Source: Candidatus Sericytochromatia bacterium (GTDB lineage Bacteria; Cyanobacteriota; Sericytochromatia; S15B-MN24; JAQBPE01). Taken from it: a DNA stretch of 64,000 nucleotides. The notes under the pieces were generated by a model. The model saw nothing but the letters and a program-made list of their open reading frames with translations. It was not told where the DNA came from and did no database searches. Of the stretch, positions 14,067 to 24,105 are shown one piece after another (the first letter of the stretch is position 1; every line of letters starts with the position of its first letter). The position numbers were made by a program, and so were the translations under genes. The stretch spans positions 47,837-111,836 of the forward strand of contig JAYKHR010000026.1 of the NCBI GenBank assembly GCA_035285125.1. Direction: 5' to 3'.

Positions 14067-15271
14067 CAGAACCGTTCCGGCATCCACGGCTGGGGGCCGC
14101 TGAAGGCCGCCCCGAGCTTGGCGAGGTCCGCGTCCGAGCCTTCGACGAGCCCCAACCCCTTGAGGGCCTGAGGCGTGACGTGGCCGGTGAAGAGCGCCGC
14201 AAGCCCCCGCACGTCCAGCATGATCCGGGCCTCCCCACCGACACGGACGGCAGAGCGACCCGCCTCGACCGTGAGGACGAACGGGCGCTCATTCTCCTTG
14301 ATGAGGCCGTCGCGGATGCCCAGGTGGAGTTCGACGCCGACCCCGGCCGCGTAGCCTCGCTGCTCGAGGGCCGCCTGGACGTCGACGATCCGCAGCATCC
14401 AGGGGTGGTTGGCGCACGTCGGGGCCAGGGGGGCGTCTCGTCCGAGCAGCAGCGGGTCCGTGGGGCCTCCATACAGCTCGGCGGCGTCCGCCATCGAGCG
14501 GTGGTCCGCGAGGAAGCATAGGATCCGGCGTCGGGCGGCAGGGGTCGTCGCCACCCAGTCGTGCAGCTTGAGCCGGTAGCGGCGGGCCCCGACCTCAGGT
14601 TGGCTGTAGATAAGGTAGCCCTCCGGGCTCGTCTCTCGCTCCAGCAGGTAGGCATAGACCCGGTTGCCAGCACCCTGCTCGGGGGCCTCCCGGAAGATGC
14701 GGGACCAGTACCAGTCCGAACGCTCCAGCCAGCCGTTGGCGAACTGGGCCTGGGCCTCGTACAGGTTGCGCATGGCCGCCATGCCAGAGGCGCTGCCAAG
14801 ATCGAAGGGCTTCAGCGTGAGGGTGCGGTCGGCCTGCACCGGGGCGTCGAGCGGCAGCTGCCAGAGGTGGCTGTCGCCCGCGACCTCGTAGCCCGACTTC
14901 CGGTAGAGGCCGCGCATCTCCGGATAGAGCGTGGAGAGCACCCAGCCGCGCTCGCGATGCTCACGCACGCACGCCTCCATCAGGGTGGAGGCCGCCCCTT
15001 GCCCGCGCATGTCCGGGGCGATCGCCACGATCCGCACGCCCGCCATGCTGATGGCGCGGCCCCCGAAGTACTGCCGGCACGGCTGCAGGGAGAGCCCCCC
15101 GATCACGCGGGCGGCGCGGCGCAGCAGCCGGAGGTTGGCCATTCCCTCCTCGGCAGCGGGGTTGAGCAACGGGTCCGTCGGCCAGGCATACGACTGGGAC
15201 AGGATCCGGTGGAAATCCCCCACCTCGCGTTCGTTGAGAGGCTTGCCGTAGATGAAGGTGGTGCCGCTCAT
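14066..15271 (-). CDS. Eis-like GNAT acetyltransferase with SCP2 C-terminal domain
   Basis: VAIAPDMRGQGAASTLM, STLYP...LYRKSGYE, WMLRIVDVQAALEQRGY, C-terminal PWMPERF; start overlaps the upstream stop. Confidence 0.88.
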   Translation of the reverse strand: MSGTTFIYGKPLNEREVGDFHRILSQSYAWPTDPLLNPAAEEGMANLRLLRRAARVIGGLSLQPCRQYFGGRAISMAGVRIVAIAPDMRGQGAASTLMEACVREHRERGWVLSTLYPEMRGLYRKSGYEVAGDSHLWQLPLDAPVQADRTLTLKPFDLGSASGMAAMRNLYEAQAQFANGWLERSDWYWSRIFREAPEQGAGNRVYAYLLERETSPEGYLIYSQPEVGARRYRLKLHDWVATTPAARRRILCFLADHRSMADAAELYGGPTDPLLLGRDAPLAPTCANHPWMLRIVDVQAALEQRGYAAGVGVELHLGIRDGLIKENERPFVLTVEAGRSAVRVGGEARIMLDVRGLAALFTGHVTPQALKGLGLVEGSDADLAKLGAAFSGPQPWMPERF

Positions 15272-15891
15272 AAGGCCCTCAGAACCGCTCGGGCAGGGGC
15301 TCCATCCGGCGCGTCCAGCTTGAGGGGCAGGCAGACGAGCTCGTAGGGCCCGGCCACGATGCCTGCGAGGTCCAGTCCCTCCAGGATGAGGCAGTCGGCG
15401 CCCAGCAGCGCGTGGTGCACCGGGAAGATGCCGCTGTCGTCTCGTTCGATCGAGGCGGCGTCGATGCCGACCAGCCGGACCCCGCGCTCCAGCAGCCAGG
15501 CTGCCGCCTCGAGGGTCAGGGCGGGGGCCTCGCCAGCCCCCTGCGAGGCTCGCGTCTTGAGCAGCACCCGGTCGCAGCCCGAGCCCTGCGGCCACTGGCG
15601 CGCCAGTGACGCCGGCTCGATGTCGGGGTGGTCGTCCAGCGGGATCACCCATGCGACCCCACTCCAGCGCCTCAGCGGGATCTCGCCCAGTGTGGCGCCA
15701 CCGCGCACGAAGTGGGCCGGCGCGTCCACGTGCGTGGCGCTGTGGCTGCCGAGCTCGATCCGGGTCACATGACACGGCCCCGTGTCGAGCGTCATGTGGG
15801 GCGTGACGCGGACGGGGGGATCGCCCGGCCACACGGGGGTGTCCGGCCCGAGCGTCCTGGAGATGTCGAGCCAGCCGCCCTCAGCCAACAT
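15268..15891 (-). CDS. cyclase family protein (kynurenine formamidase-like)
   Basis: DISRTL..TPVWPGDP, HSATHVDAPAHF, VGIDAASI, LILEGL, PLKL..DGAPARA. Confidence 0.88.
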   Translation of the reverse strand: MLAEGGWLDISRTLGPDTPVWPGDPPVRVTPHMTLDTGPCHVTRIELGSHSATHVDAPAHFVRGGATLGEIPLRRWSGVAWVIPLDDHPDIEPASLARQWPQGSGCDRVLLKTRASQGAGEAPALTLEAAAWLLERGVRLVGIDAASIERDDSGIFPVHHALLGADCLILEGLDLAGIVAGPYELVCLPLKLDAPDGAPARAVLRAL

Positions 15892-16822
15892 GCGCGGTCT
15901 CGTCGTCTGGCCCGCCTCCGGTCGGTTCCGGGGGCGCGTCGGCTGCCTCGGGCTCAGGCACAGCCAGGGCCCCCTCCGGGCCACGGGCTGGGGCCTGCCG
16001 CGCCGGCGGCACGTCGAGCGACACGGCGCCCAAGGTGCCACCGCGTAGCTCCTGAAGGAACATCCTGGCCGCCCTGGCCTCGTCGAGCAGCCCACCGGCC
16101 CCCAGGATGCCGCGCGCCCGCGCAAACCCCTCGACGGTAGGGCTCTCCCAGCCGGCCAGGGTGCCCGGCGACACCTCTTGCAGCAGGGCGATGGCGGCTG
16201 GCGCCACGAGCACGGGCTCGTAGGCCTCCGTGCTCACCGCTCCCGTCATGGCGAGCCTCAACGCCAGGGCCTGGTCCTCGAGCTTCGGGGGAATGATGCC
16301 AGGCGTGTCCAGCAGCTCCAGCGCGGCCCCGAGGCGGATCCAGCGGATGTTACGCGTCACGCCGGGCTTGTCCCCGACCTGCGCGGCGCGCTTGCGGGCG
16401 AGCCTGTTGATGAGCGACGACTTGCCCACGTTGGGCAGGCCCACCACCATCACGCGGCTGGCTCGCGGGAGCCTGCCACGCGCCTTCATCTTGGCCGTGA
16501 CGCGCTCGGCCGCCTCGGCCATCAGCTTGTGGAGGCCAGGTAGGCCCTGGCCGGACTGGGCGTTGAGCACCACACACGCCACGCCGTCACCCTTGTAGGC
16601 CCGCAACCAGGCCTGCGTCCGCGCCGGGTCGGCGAGGTCGGCCTTGGTGAAGACCAGGATGCGCGGGCGATCGCCAAGCAGCTCGCGCGTGACGTCGAAC
16701 CTGGAGCTGGCCGGCACGCGCGCGTCCACAAGCTCCAGGACAAAGTCCGTCAGCTTGAGCTTCTCACGCAGCTCGCGCTGCGCCTTGGCGATGTGGCCGG
16801 GGTACCAGTTGATCAGGGACAT
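15881..16822 (-). CDS. rbgA: ribosome biogenesis GTPase RbgA/YlqF
   Basis: INWYPGHIAKA, DARVP, TKADL, GLPNVGKSSLIN, DTPG. Confidence 0.95.
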   Translation of the reverse strand: MSLINWYPGHIAKAQRELREKLKLTDFVLELVDARVPASSRFDVTRELLGDRPRILVFTKADLADPARTQAWLRAYKGDGVACVVLNAQSGQGLPGLHKLMAEAAERVTAKMKARGRLPRASRVMVVGLPNVGKSSLINRLARKRAAQVGDKPGVTRNIRWIRLGAALELLDTPGIIPPKLEDQALALRLAMTGAVSTEAYEPVLVAPAAIALLQEVSPGTLAGWESPTVEGFARARGILGAGGLLDEARAARMFLQELRGGTLGAVSLDVPPARQAPARGPEGALAVPEPEAADAPPEPTGGGPDDETAHVG

Positions 16823-16882
16823 CTGGCCCCCATTATGGCACGTTGCTGGCGGGGTGGCACCCGCCAGCAACCGGCCTCCCCG

Positions 16883-19510
16883 TCAGGCCGGCTGGGGGAC
16901 CTCCAACGGGTGGGGGGCTGGCGTTCGCTGGAAGGCCAGGGCCTCGTCGGCCCGGTCGGCTACCACGTGATCCCCCGTGCCGAACCGGCCCTCCAGGAGG
17001 GCCCGGGCGAGCGGGTTGAGCACATGGGCCTGCAGCGCTCGCTTCAAGGGCCGGGCCCCGTAGATGGGGTCGTAGCCGACCTCGCCCAGCCAGTCCCGCG
17101 CCGCGTCCGTCAGCTCCAGCGTGACGCGCCGCTCCGTGAGCCGCTTGCTGAGCAGCGCGAGCTGCAGGTCCACGATGCGTCGGAGGTGCTCGCGGCCGAG
17201 GCCGTGGAAGACCACGACGTCATCGATGCGGTTGAGGAACTCGGGCCGGAAGTGATCCTGCAGGGCGTCCAGCGCGATCTCGCGCACCTGCTCCGCGTCC
17301 CCGCTGGCCCCCTGGATGCGTGCGGCCCCGAGGTTGCTGGTCATGATCACCACGGTGTTGCGGAAGTCCACCGTGCGGCCGTGGCTGTCCGTCAGGCGGC
17401 CGTCGTCGAGCAACTGCAGCAGGATGTTGAACACGTCCGGGTGCGCCTTCTCGATTTCATCGAGCAGGATCACACTGTAGGGCCTCCGTCGGACGGCCTC
17501 CGTGAGTTGGCCGCCCTCGTCGAATCCCACGTAGCCCGGAGGCGCCCCGACGAGCCGGCTCACGGCGTGCTTTTCCATGTACTCGGACATGTCGAGGCGG
17601 ATCAGCGCCTGCTCGCTGTCGAACATGAAGGTGGCAAGCGCCTTGGCTAGCTCCGTCTTGCCCACGCCCGTCGGCCCGAGGAAGATGAAGCTGCCGATGG
17701 GCCGGTCGGGGTCCTGGATGCCGGCCCGCGACCGTCTCACGGCGTCGGAGATGGCGGCGATCGCCTCAGCCTGTCCCACGACGCGCTCGCCGAGCCGCGC
17801 CTCCATCCGCAGCAGCTTGTCGACCTCGCCCTCCAGCATCCGCGTCACCGGGATGCCCGTCCACTTGGACACGATGGCAGCGACGTCCTCGTCGTCGACC
17901 TCCTGCTTCAGCAGCTTGCCGTGCTTGTGCAACTCGGCGAGCCGGGCCGTTTGCTCGTCGAGCTCCCGCTGCAGCGCGGGCAGGGAGCCGTACCTGAGCT
18001 CGGCGGCCCGGGCGAGGTCTGCGTCTCGCTCCGCGCGTGCCGCCTGGATCTTGGTGTCCTCGATGCGCTGCTTGGCGGTGGAGAGGGCGGTGATGACTTC
18101 CTTCTCGGCTTCCCAGCGGCTGCGCAGCGCATCGCGCTGCCGCCCGAGCCCGGAGGCCTCCTGCTCGATCGCTGCAAGGCGGTCGCGCGCGCCCGTGTCC
18201 TCGGGGTCCTTGCCAACGGCCTGGCGCTCGATCTCCAGCTGCCGCAACCGGCGCTCGAGCTCGTCGAGCTCGGTCGGGAGGGAGTCGATCTCGATGCGCA
18301 GCCGGCTAGCGGCCTCGTCGACGAGGTCGATGGCCTTGTCCGGCAGGAAGCGGTCCGCAATGTACCGGTGGCTGAGCACGGCGGCCGCCACGAGGGCCGC
18401 GTCGAGGATCTTCACGCCGTGATGGACCTCGTACCGCTCCTTCAGGCCTCGGAGGATCGAGATGGTGTCGGCCACGTTGGGCTCGCCGACCATCACGGGC
18501 TGGAACCTGCGCTCGAGCGCCGCGTCCTTCTCGATGTGCAGGCGGTACTCTTCCAGCGTGGTTGCGCCGACGGCGCGCAGCTCGCCGCGCGCCAGGGCCG
18601 GCTTCAGCAGGTTCGCAGCGTCCATGGCCCCTTCGGTCTTGCCTGCGCCCACCAGCGTGTGCAGCTCATCGATGAACAGCACGACCTGCCCCTCGGCCTC
18701 GGTGATCTCCTTCAACACAGCCTTGAGGCGGTCCTCGAACTCCCCGCGGTACTTGGCGCCCGCAATCAGGGCGCCCATGTCCAGCGCGATGACGAGCTTG
18801 TCCTTGAGCCCCTCGGGCACGTCCCCCGAAACGATACGCTGGGCGAGGCCCTCCGCGATGGCGGTCTTGCCCACGCCTGGCTCCCCGATCAGCACGGGGT
18901 TGTTCTTGGTGCGGCGGGACAGGACCTGGATGACCCGGCGAATCTCCTGGTCGCGCCCGATCACCGGGTCGAGCTTGCCGAGGCGAGCCGCCGCCGTGAG
19001 ATCCCGGCCATAGCGGCTGAGGGCCTGATACCTGTCCTCCGGGTGCTGGTCCGTCACCCGGTGCGTGCCGCGCACGGCGGCGAGCGCTCGGAGCAGCCGC
19101 TCTCGGGTCGCGCCCTCCCGCCGCAGGCGCTCCGACGCGCGAGACTTGCCACCTTCCGCGGCCAATGCGAGCAGGAGGTGCTCGGTTGAGACAAAGTCGT
19201 CCTTGAGGGCCTCACGCTCGCGCCAGGCCTCGTCGAGCACGGCCTTGAGAGCGGGAGAGACATAGGCCTGCCCCATGGCCCCGCTCACGCGCGGTAGCCG
19301 CCCAAGGTCCTCCGTGGCGCCTTGCTGCAGCGCGTCGGGGGAGACGTCCACCTTCTGGAGGATGGGGCGCACGATGCCCTCGAGTTGGGCCAGCAGGGCC
19401 AGCAGCAGGTGCTCGGGCTCCAGGGCCTGCTGGTCGTGGCGATCGGCCAGCTCCTGCGTCGCCTGGATGGCTTCCTGGGCTTTGAGCGTGAACTTGTCGA
19501 GCCTCATCAC
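16883..19510 (-). CDS. clpB: chaperone/disaggregase ClpB
   Basis: Clp N domain, two AAA+ modules ([16 protein letters not shown]), long coiled-coil M domain. Confidence 0.97.
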   Translation of the reverse strand: MMRLDKFTLKAQEAIQATQELADRHDQQALEPEHLLLALLAQLEGIVRPILQKVDVSPDALQQGATEDLGRLPRVSGAMGQAYVSPALKAVLDEAWREREALKDDFVSTEHLLLALAAEGGKSRASERLRREGATRERLLRALAAVRGTHRVTDQHPEDRYQALSRYGRDLTAAARLGKLDPVIGRDQEIRRVIQVLSRRTKNNPVLIGEPGVGKTAIAEGLAQRIVSGDVPEGLKDKLVIALDMGALIAGAKYRGEFEDRLKAVLKEITEAEGQVVLFIDELHTLVGAGKTEGAMDAANLLKPALARGELRAVGATTLEEYRLHIEKDAALERRFQPVMVGEPNVADTISILRGLKERYEVHHGVKILDAALVAAAVLSHRYIADRFLPDKAIDLVDEAASRLRIEIDSLPTELDELERRLRQLEIERQAVGKDPEDTGARDRLAAIEQEASGLGRQRDALRSRWEAEKEVITALSTAKQRIEDTKIQAARAERDADLARAAELRYGSLPALQRELDEQTARLAELHKHGKLLKQEVDDEDVAAIVSKWTGIPVTRMLEGEVDKLLRMEARLGERVVGQAEAIAAISDAVRRSRAGIQDPDRPIGSFIFLGPTGVGKTELAKALATFMFDSEQALIRLDMSEYMEKHAVSRLVGAPPGYVGFDEGGQLTEAVRRRPYSVILLDEIEKAHPDVFNILLQLLDDGRLTDSHGRTVDFRNTVVIMTSNLGAARIQGASGDAEQVREIALDALQDHFRPEFLNRIDDVVVFHGLGREHLRRIVDLQLALLSKRLTERRVTLELTDAARDWLGEVGYDPIYGARPLKRALQAHVLNPLARALLEGRFGTGDHVVADRADEALAFQRTPAPHPLEVPQPA

Positions 19511-19540
19511 GGGGTCCTCACGGTTCAGGGAGCAAGGGCC

Positions 19541-19570
19541 AGCTTATTGCTTTAGTCTTGGCGTGTCAAG
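19541..19570 (-). promoter_or_regulatory. sigma70-type clpB promoter with overlapping HAIR-like operator
   Basis: TTGACA-17nt-TAAGCT; CTTGACA-N7-ACTAAAG at 19550-19570 resembles HAIR CTTGAGT-N7-ACTCAAG. Confidence 0.75.
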
Positions 19571-19811
19571 TCATGTGCATTCAGTGATGCGTGGAGAGTT
19601 GCGGCTGAACGAGCTGGCCCTGTCTGGAAGGGCTTGTGGGGAAGCGTCGCGCGCCACCTCCGCCGGCTGGGCTGTCGGGCCTGGGCCCGACGCGCGTTGA
19701 GCTCTTAACCATTAGTTGTTGTAATCTTAACGTCATCACGGCCGGCCCGGGGCGGATAAGAACCGTGAGGCCACGGCATTGTCGTGTGCCCCCCAGGAGG
19801 ATCCCACGACC

Positions 19812-20501
19812 ATGGCCTTCCACAGCCCCGCCCGCTACGGTGTCATCGCCACAGCCTTCGTCGTCATCGTGACAGGCGGCTGCGGCACGATGCCCTACGC
19901 TGGGACGCCCGGCGACTACGGCTACCAGGACCCGTATGGGAGTGACCCCTATGGCGGTGGCTCGGGCTACGGAGGTGGCTCGGGCTATGGCGGCGGCTAT
20001 GGCGGCGGCTATGGCTCGATGCCCACGGGCGGCACCTCGAACGGCTTCTACAACACCGTGCCGACGCCCGCTCCCATCAGCGGCCAGCTTCAGGTCGGGC
20101 GGATCAGCAAGGACACCAAGGGGATGCTGTTCTGGAAGAAGCTGACGGTGTCGGGCCAGGTGGCGAACCCCTCGCAGGCCGTGCTCTCGGGCGAGCTCCA
20201 GATCAGCTTCATGCGGAAGGGCAAGCTCGTCGAGACCCAGACTGAGTTCGTGACGGACCTCGCGCCGGGCCAGACGCACGGCTTCACCCTGACCTCCAAG
20301 AAGGCGGCCGATGACGTGCAGGTCACCGTCACCTCGCTGCCCGCCCAGTCGCCTCCCGGTAACTACGGGGGCGGCTCGGGCTACGGTTCAGGCTATGGCT
20401 CAGGCTCCGGCTACAACTCGGGATACGGATCCGGGAGCGGCTATGGCGGCGCCGCGAGCGGCTATGGCGGTTCCGGGGGGTATGGCAGTGGACCGTACTG
20501 A
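19812..20501 (+). CDS. Gly/Tyr-repeat lipoprotein with FxLYD-like Ig domain
   Basis: AGGAGG RBS, TGGC lipobox, GGYG/GSGYG repeats flanking VSGQVAN...LAPGQTHGF domain. Confidence 0.75.
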   Translation: MAFHSPARYGVIATAFVVIVTGGCGTMPYAGTPGDYGYQDPYGSDPYGGGSGYGGGSGYGGGYGGGYGSMPTGGTSNGFYNTVPTPAPISGQLQVGRISKDTKGMLFWKKLTVSGQVANPSQAVLSGELQISFMRKGKLVETQTEFVTDLAPGQTHGFTLTSKKAADDVQVTVTSLPAQSPPGNYGGGSGYGSGYGSGSGYNSGYGSGSGYGGAASGYGGSGGYGSGPY

Positions 20502-20976
20502 GCGCGGCGCCCTCGCGGCGGCGATCGGTCTGAGCCTGCTGTTCGCCGGCTGCGGGCGGGTGTCCCCCGTCGGCGGGGTGCCGGCCTACGAGCCTCCCCC
20601 CGTGCAGGCGTTCGAGCCGTCCCCCTTGCCGGCAGCCACGCCGCAACCGCTCCCCCCTGCGCCCCCCCGGGCCGGGCTTCCTGCCCCCTGTGACCCGCTG
20701 GCCGGGTGCGACGTGCACGCCCAGCTGGTCGTGGGGGGCCTCGAGAAGAAGCGGTCCGGCTTCCTCTGGCGCAAGCTGCGCGTCAAGGGGACGGTCACCA
20801 ACCGTGGCGGCCAGCCCCTCGATGGCGAGGTCGTGGTGCGCTTCAAGAAGGGCGGCCAGGTGGTGCAGAGCGAGTTTGTCGCGCTGGCTGCGCTGGCCCC
20901 AGGGCAGGTCCGGGCGGTCGAGATGGTGTCGGCCGTCGCGGCGGATGACGCCGAGGTTATGGCCCGCGTGCTCTGA
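20482..20976 (+). CDS. Pro-rich lipoprotein, paralog of the upstream FxLYD-like protein
   Basis: LFAGC lipobox; GFLWRKLRVKGTVTN...LAPGQ aligns with GMLFWKKLTVSGQVAN...LAPGQ. Confidence 0.72.
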   Translation: MAVDRTERGALAAAIGLSLLFAGCGRVSPVGGVPAYEPPPVQAFEPSPLPAATPQPLPPAPPRAGLPAPCDPLAGCDVHAQLVVGGLEKKRSGFLWRKLRVKGTVTNRGGQPLDGEVVVRFKKGGQVVQSEFVALAALAPGQVRAVEMVSAVAADDAEVMARVL

Positions 20977-20999
20977 GGCTCGGCGGGGCACCGCTGGAA

Positions 21000-21028
21000 T
21001 TGACAGCCCCGCCCGGCGCCCCTAGAAT
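21000..21028 (+). promoter_or_regulatory. near-consensus sigma70 promoter
   Basis: TTGACA-17nt-TAGAAT upstream of the YlqD gene. Confidence 0.8.
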
Positions 21029-21076
21029 GGCGGCCCGCAGCCGAACGGCTGCCGTCCGACCAGAGGAGCACCCGCC

Positions 21077-21499
21077 ATGCAATCCATCTCACTGCGTCGC
21101 CAGGTCACCATCGTGGCCATCGTGACGGAACAGTTCCGTCAGCAAGCGACGGCCGAGCTTCAGCAGGGGCTCCAGCAACTCGATATGGAGGCGCAGCAGC
21201 TCGAGTTCCAGGGCAAGCGCGCGCTGGCCGACTTCGAGAAGCGCGGGGCCTCCTCGGCGGAGCTCGAAAACATCCGAGGCCAGCTCGAAGAGCAGCGGCA
21301 GCGCATCAAGTCCCAGAAGGGCGACCTGCTGGCCAAGCTCGACATGGTGGGCAAGCTCGAGACGGGTGGCGAGTTCATCCAGGGCACGGTGGACAACTTT
21401 GTGGACGTGAAGGTGGGGGACCACCTCTACGCCAAGCTCGCGAACCCGCAGGTGATCATCAAGGACGGCATCGTCCAGGAGATCCGCGGCGAGGAGTAG
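21077..21499 (+). CDS. YlqD family protein
   Basis: LRRQVTIVAIVTE, coiled coil QQLEFQGKR, QGTVDNFVDVKVGD, IIKDGIVQEIR. Confidence 0.85.
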   Translation: MQSISLRRQVTIVAIVTEQFRQQATAELQQGLQQLDMEAQQLEFQGKRALADFEKRGASSAELENIRGQLEEQRQRIKSQKGDLLAKLDMVGKLETGGEFIQGTVDNFVDVKVGDHLYAKLANPQVIIKDGIVQEIRGEE

Positions 21500-21538
21500 G
21501 CCCGTCCCGGGCGGCCCGCTGCTGCGGCCCGCCCTGCC

Positions 21539-22363
21539 TCAGGCCGCCCCTTCGGAGCCGAGTTGCTCGGCCAGCAGTTGCATGGCCTGCTCGTGGGCGG
21601 GAGACATGTCGAAGTTGAGCAGCGCGTAGTAGGCCTCCAGGGCTTCGGGCTTCAGGCCGAGGCGTTGCGCAGCCTCCGAGATGATGGTGGGCATGGCGGC
21701 CCGTGCCGTCTCCCTCGAGCGAGCGAGGAGGCTCGTCAGCGATGCCTGGACCTCTGCGCGCAGGCTGCGGCGGCAGGCCCAGACCGTCGTCACGAAGGGC
21801 GTCTGCGTCAACTGCCACCAGGCCTGACCGAGGTCCAACCGGTGCGGCACGAGGTCCTGGGCGGCTGCCTGCACCGCGCGATCGCCGATCAGCAGCACGG
21901 CGGCGTGGGCGCGCAGCAACTCATCAGGCGCGCCTTCGTGCTCGACGAAGGCGGCATCGACCCCGAACACCCGCTCCATCAGCCACCTGACCAGCTCGGT
22001 GGAGGTGCCTCCCCGGGCCGGCACCGCGACGGTGGCGCCGCCGAGGCCCTGAAACGGCTCGTGGCTGAGCAGCGTCGCGCTGCCGAGCCTGCCCCAGGCG
22101 CTGATGGACAGGCCGGGGAGCATCTTCCAGGCGTCGCGGTGGCGCATGTACGCCAGGCTCGAGACCGGGCTGACGTCGAGTTCGCCAGCGGCCATCCAGC
22201 CATCCAGGTCGCCGGGCAGCCCCGTGCGGAGAACGGCGTTTTCGGCACCCGGCAGGCCATTGCGGAGGGGCCACTGTACGGGCCAGCCGCTGACGAAGGC
22301 CAGTTCGCCAACGCGAAGGGGCGGTGTCACCTGAAGGGCCTCCTCGTCGAAGCGCATCGTCAC
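21539..22363 (-). CDS. mqnA: chorismate dehydratase-like menaquinone (futalosine pathway) protein
   Basis: GELDVSPVSS, ISAWG..GSATL, TSTEL, AVLLIGDRA, DLGQAWWQLTQTPFV. Confidence 0.8.
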   Translation of the reverse strand: MTMRFDEEALQVTPPLRVGELAFVSGWPVQWPLRNGLPGAENAVLRTGLPGDLDGWMAAGELDVSPVSSLAYMRHRDAWKMLPGLSISAWGRLGSATLLSHEPFQGLGGATVAVPARGGTSTELVRWLMERVFGVDAAFVEHEGAPDELLRAHAAVLLIGDRAVQAAAQDLVPHRLDLGQAWWQLTQTPFVTTVWACRRSLRAEVQASLTSLLARSRETARAAMPTIISEAAQRLGLKPEALEAYYALLNFDMSPAHEQAMQLLAEQLGSEGAA

Positions 22364-22441
22364 TGGCGGGCTGCTGAGCCCGCGAGATTATACGAGAGGC
22401 AAGCGGGACCTGCAATCCGGGCGCTCAGGCCCAGATTCCGC

Positions 22442-22580
22442 ATGGCCCTCAACCCCGTTGAAGCGGACCTTCCTCCAGCGGGTGAAGGGAGCTGGTCGCT
22501 TTCGCGCCACCTGGCTGAAGGTGGCTTTAACTCCCCTGGCCCTCTGGGAGAGGATGGCCGCAGGCCGGGTGAGGGGCCAT
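22442..22580. repeat. REPIN/MITE-like element: inverted pair of CCCTCACCC...CTCTCCC..GGG-type repeats
   Basis: Near-perfect terminal IR ATGGCCCTCA/TGAGGGGCCAT, degenerate ~46-nt arms (22446-22491, 22531-22576), central GCCACC/GGTGGC hairpin. Confidence 0.5.
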
Positions 22581-22667
22581 CACGGCATCAAGGACACCGA
22601 CTGCCCGGTTCACGCGGCGGGGGGTGGGGCATATAACCAGCAGGGCTGCTACACAAGGGGGGATCCG

Positions 22668-24014
22668 ATGACTGACCCGCTCCGCACCGGTGCCACTGGC
22701 CCCGTCCGGCCGACGGCAGGGGCCACCCGCCCCAACGGCCCCGTCGCGGAAGGGGCCCCACCCGCTCCGGACCAGTTCGGTGCCCTCACGGCGCGCCCCC
22801 TCCTCTACCGGCCGGCGCCGCTGCTAGATTCGGCATCGAGGCCCGGCCGTCCCTTCGCGCCGTGGGTGCAGGATCGCGTCGAGTCGGTCGTCAACGCCGT
22901 CTTTGCGCAACTGCGGACGCGCACGGCGGGCGCGCCCCTGCGGACCGACACGGGCTGGGACCCCGCCAGCCAGGTGCCGCTGGACAACGGGGCCTTGCCT
23001 GCGGCCCCGGGCCGGCCCGTGCCTGGCGCGCCCGCCCCCGGCGCTGGCGAGGTGAAGCCCGCCGGCCTGCTCGACGGAAACACGCTGCTGCGCTACAACG
23101 CCGACGGCCAGCCCACGAACTACACGCTGCTCGATCAGGGGCCGACCAACGGCTGCGGCACCACGAGCCTGGCGATGATCCTCAACTACTTCGCAGGTGG
23201 CCGGGCCGACTACAGCCGCGAGGAGGTGGACCGCTTCATTCGCCATAATGAACTGTTCACTTCGCCCAGCGACGTGGCGGAGTTCGCGGAGAAGCGCGGC
23301 TTCGAGGCCAGCGTGCACATCGGCACGACGCCGGACGACCTCCGGCGGATGGTCGACGCCGGCCTGCCGGTCCAGATCCTGATCGACGCCTCCAAGGGAG
23401 AGCGGGGCACGGGCCTCCACTACGAGGTGGTCACGGGCTACGGCACGGGGCCAGACGGCAAGCGCTACTTCGAGCTGACCAACCCGTGGGGAAACCGGGA
23501 GTACATGGCGGAGGACGTGTTGATGCGCAAGTGGACCAACGTCAAGGCCGGTCCCGTGCCGACAGCCCTGGACCGCGTGGCGATCGTGATGAAGCCGCCA
23601 GGTCACCCGGCCGTCCTTCCTGTCGACCACCGCGACGATCTCCAGGCCGCCTCAGTGGCGCTGCGCATCGCCCAGGGGCTCACCCAGATCTCCAGCGGCT
23701 GGTCACGCGGGGAGCCCCTCACCGTTCTGGCTGGCCTCGTGCGGGGCCTGGCCGGAGGCCTAGCCGGCCTGCCGGCGGTGTTGTTGGCTCCCGTCCATCG
23801 GTTCGGCGATGGCCTGATCGGCAGCGGGCGCGAGGCCCTGAAGCAGGGTGGCTGGGAGGCCGCAGCGGGGGGCTTGAAGCTGGTGGCGGGCCTGGCCGTG
23901 CGGGCGGCGATCCTGCCCATCGAGGCGGTCGCCAACGTGGCCTCGCTCGCCCTCGACAAGGCCGGTTCGGCCATCAAGGCCGCTGGCGACACGATCAAAG
24001 GCTGGTTCCGCTGA
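22668..24014 (+). CDS. C39-like cysteine peptidase domain protein
   Basis: Q..TNGCGTTSLAMILNYF, LHYEVVTGY, TNPWG; Pro-rich N-terminus, Gly/Ala hydrophobic C-terminus. Confidence 0.8.
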   Translation: MTDPLRTGATGPVRPTAGATRPNGPVAEGAPPAPDQFGALTARPLLYRPAPLLDSASRPGRPFAPWVQDRVESVVNAVFAQLRTRTAGAPLRTDTGWDPASQVPLDNGALPAAPGRPVPGAPAPGAGEVKPAGLLDGNTLLRYNADGQPTNYTLLDQGPTNGCGTTSLAMILNYFAGGRADYSREEVDRFIRHNELFTSPSDVAEFAEKRGFEASVHIGTTPDDLRRMVDAGLPVQILIDASKGERGTGLHYEVVTGYGTGPDGKRYFELTNPWGNREYMAEDVLMRKWTNVKAGPVPTALDRVAIVMKPPGHPAVLPVDHRDDLQAASVALRIAQGLTQISSGWSRGEPLTVLAGLVRGLAGGLAGLPAVLLAPVHRFGDGLIGSGREALKQGGWEAAAGGLKLVAGLAVRAAILPIEAVANVASLALDKAGSAIKAAGDTIKGWFR

Positions 24015-24090
24015 CGCGCCCAGCCGGCGCGTCAGCCTGCCGGGTCGTGTAACGCCAACGAGGAGGCCCCCCGAGGGGTCGGGGGGCCTC
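24010..24090. terminator. two GC hairpins between convergent genes
   Basis: GCTGACGCGCC/GGCGCGTCAGC (24010-24036) and GAGGCCCCCCGA/TCGGGGGGCCTC (24063-24090). Confidence 0.5.
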
Positions 24091-24105
24091 GCGCGGTGCA
24101 GGGCG

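Noticed and set aside
15272..15832. N-terminal extension of the 588-aa GNAT ORF, suggesting a fusion
   Set aside because: The extension is an alternative frame of the cyclase gene; the true start is ATG 15271 overlapping the cyclase stop
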